From NCBI GenBank assembly GCA_964036045.1, contig OZ038378.1, positions 22,506,001 through 22,570,000 on the forward strand: a stretch of DNA of 64,000 nt. Reading direction: 5' to 3'. The notes under the pieces were generated by a model. It was not told the DNA's origin and did not search any database. It worked only from the letters and a program-made list of their open reading frames with translations. Each line of letters opens with the position of its first letter. The first letter of the stretch is position 1. A program made the translations under genes and the position numbers. This document shows, in pieces, positions 61,400-64,000 of the stretch. Source of the DNA: Eutreptiella sp. 'Long Island Sound 2002'. Its lineage: Eukaryota > Protista > Euglenida.

Positions 61400-62320
61400 C
61401 CTCTTTCCCTTCGCTTCAACCATCTGTACATGTATCATCTTCATCTATGTCCAAATATGCCCAATCCTGCAATCCCCGACATATATTATTGTCACTGGGC
61501 TCTTCCATCTCTTCGAGGCCTAAATCATTCCTCATGTTCCTGACCTCCCTATCACGGAGTATTGCTCGATACGCCTCTGCGGACTGGGAAGAGAGGAGCA
61601 CCAGCCATGCAAAAAATGTTTTCACACGCTTGGGCTTCTACTGTCTGGTGTTCCACTGTGGGGGAGCCCTGGGAGAAGCACAAGCTTGCGCTTTATGCAC
61701 TCCACGGAGCATGCCTTCGGTTTTCAAGTTTGGTGACCGTGGCAGAGGTACAGCCTATTGCTGTAAAGCAAGTGAGATCTCTCAAAGAGCCAAAAGCTTT
61801 TAGGAAGAAACAAGAACAAGTTGCGGTTTAGGTTGCCTAACTCCGCCTTGTTATGGAGGACAGTTTTGTACCCATATACACTGACGCCTTGTCTATGACC
61901 TCAAGGCAAGGACCCGTCGCAGGTTTTGGTGTGTACTAAAAGACCTGTGGGCTACGTGCCCATGGGTGAGCCTCAAACAGACAACCATGTAGGAGTCTAT
62001 GCGCATTTGCAAGCCATACAGTGAGCTAGAGGAAAAGTGGTCATTGTAATGGATTCCGAATATGTTTAAAAAAGTTTCACACCCGCATGCATTGCTTTTT
62101 TGTTGGGATGAAACACACTAGGTGTCACGGTCCGGACCGGCACCGCATGCAGATCTTTGGAAGGTTGTGCTACGAGCGTGGCCTTGTTCACAAGCCCCAT
62201 TAGGTTCCAAGTTCTAGGAAGCCCCAAAAGTACCATTGCCATTAACTTGAGGGTAAAGCTCATGTGGGAGTTTGTAGCACCTGGCCTGCTTCATCATTTG
62301 CGGGTCCCACCTTCATTCTT
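61400..62320. repeat. ~0.9-kb dispersed repeat, copy 1 (probable TE fragment)
   Basis: Highly similar to 63020-63932; offset is 1621 bp at the left end. Confidence 0.92.
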
Positions 62321-63019
62321 TGAGGCTGCGGTTTTTTTTAGGATGAAAACCTCTTCTTGCCCGCCCTGTTTTATTTGACCAAGTACGTGTCCCAAAGTAG
62401 GACGACATTTTGCCCCATTATATAGAACCACAACAAATCAAATTACTGACAATGAAGGATTTGCTTGAGAAGGCTCGAAAGCAAAACACCAGACAAAAAC
62501 GACAGTAGGTGATGCAGCCATTTTTGTATCCACACTCCTGAGTGTAGAACCAAGGGAGCGCACATATACCTGTAATTAGTACCTTACGTCCTCCTTGTAA
62601 TGCCCCCCCAACGTCGGGACGGTTCCCCCCCACAAACCATGAAGCAAGCGATACTCAGCTAAAGAAGGCCCCGCTGTCACGGGCGACTGATCATAGCTCG
62701 CAATCGTTTTGCTGCACTGCAGCACTTCCAAACCAATATTGAATGTTGCCTTGAGTTCGCCCACGGGCTATCGAATGTCTCTTAGGTTGGTTTCGGTCAA
62801 CTCCCTCATCTCCCTGGAGCCCGGCATGGTCAAAAACCAGTGGTGGGTCGTGACAGCACACACGCCTACGTTTCAGCCGTGACAACACACAACTTGTGCA
62901 TGCCATGTTAGTCGTGGCAACACACGCTAGCTTGGGTCAACTCAACCCCCTCCCCAAAAAACCGGGTTAGGGGTCATTTACACACCGGTGACCCCATGGA
63001 TTCCTGGCTACTGCTAGTG

Positions 63020-63932
63020 TCCTCTTCCCGTTCGCTTGAACGATCAGTACATGTATCATCTTCATCTATGTCCAACTATGCCCAATCCTGCAATCCCCCA
63101 CTCATATTATTGTCGCTGGGCTCTTCCATCTCTTCGAGGCCTAAATCATTCCTCATGTCCCTGACCTCCCTATCACGAAGTGCTGCTCGATACGCCTATG
63201 CGGACTGGGAAGAGAGGAGCGCCAGTCATGAAAAGAAATTTTCACACGCTTGGGCTTCTACTGTTTGGAGTTCCACTGTGGGGGAGCCCTGGGGGAAGCA
63301 CAAGCCTGCACTTTGTGCACTCCACGGAGCATGCCTTCGGTTTTCAAGTTTGGTGACCGTGGCAGAGGTACAGCCTATTGCTGTAAAGCAAGTGAGATCT
63401 CTCAAAGAGCCAAAAGCTTTTAGGAAGAAACAAGAAAAAGTTATGGCTTAGGTTGCCCAACTCCGCCTTGTTATGAAGGACAGTTTTGTACCCATATACA
63501 CTGACGCCTTGTCTATCACCTCAAGGCAAGGACCCGTCGCAGGTTTTGGTGTGCACTAAAAGACCTGTGGGCTACGTGCCCAGGGATGAGCTTTAAACAC
63601 ACAACCATGTAGGACTCTATACGCATTTGCAAGCCATACAGCGAGCTAGACATAAAGTGGTCATTATAATCGATTCCACATACATTTACAACGGTTTGAC
63701 GGGTCGCATGCATCGGTGGGATGAAACACGCTAGGTGTCGCGGTCTAGTGTGGTACGGCATGCGGATCTTTGGAAGGGTGTGCTACGAGCGTGGCCTTGT
63801 CAACAAGCCCCATTAGATTCCAAGTTCTACGAAGCACCCGGAGTACCATTGCCATTAACTTGAGGGTAAAGCTCATGTGGGAGTTTGTAGCGGTTGGGAT
63901 GCTTTGTCATTTGCGGGTCCCACCTTCATTCT
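63020..63932. repeat. ~0.9-kb dispersed repeat, copy 2
   Basis: Direct copy of 61400-62320 with substitutions and small indels. Confidence 0.92.
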
Positions 63933-64000
63933 CTCCCAACAGCGTGGAGGGGCTCATGAAGCATGGACGGGCCTCACGTGAGGCAACCTAAAGGACGGAG

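Overview
Repeat-rich, intron-rich eukaryotic nuclear DNA; no prokaryotic operon, rRNA, tRNA or CRISPR array was seen. A euglenid/Euglenozoa origin is only an inference, from a VIPER/TATE-like retroelement and a spliced-leader-like motif. Three host genes can be built, all on the + strand. (1) A uridine kinase/UPRT-like gene (UKL/UCKL1 type): nine GT-AG exons at 8730-21165 join in frame, but its P-loop N-terminus was not found in the window. (2) An uncharacterised multi-exon gene (32012-46597, possible first exon at 30934) encoding a Cys-rich zinc-ribbon-like segment plus a HIT-superfamily (DcpS/aprataxin-like) domain whose histidine triad reads QxHxQ. This is the best candidate for new biology. 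(3) An intronless F-box-like/LRR gene at 55814-56497. The rest is decayed mobile DNA and satellites: a non-LTR RT remnant with a 14-bp target-site duplication, a tyrosine-recombinase retroelement with YR upstream of RT, a DDE_Tnp_4-type transposase split by an insert carrying a Tudor-like ORF, foldback/hairpin elements (one filling an in-frame GT-AG intron of an antisense nested coding tract), and several tandem arrays. All family assignments come from motif recognition by eye; no database searches were run.
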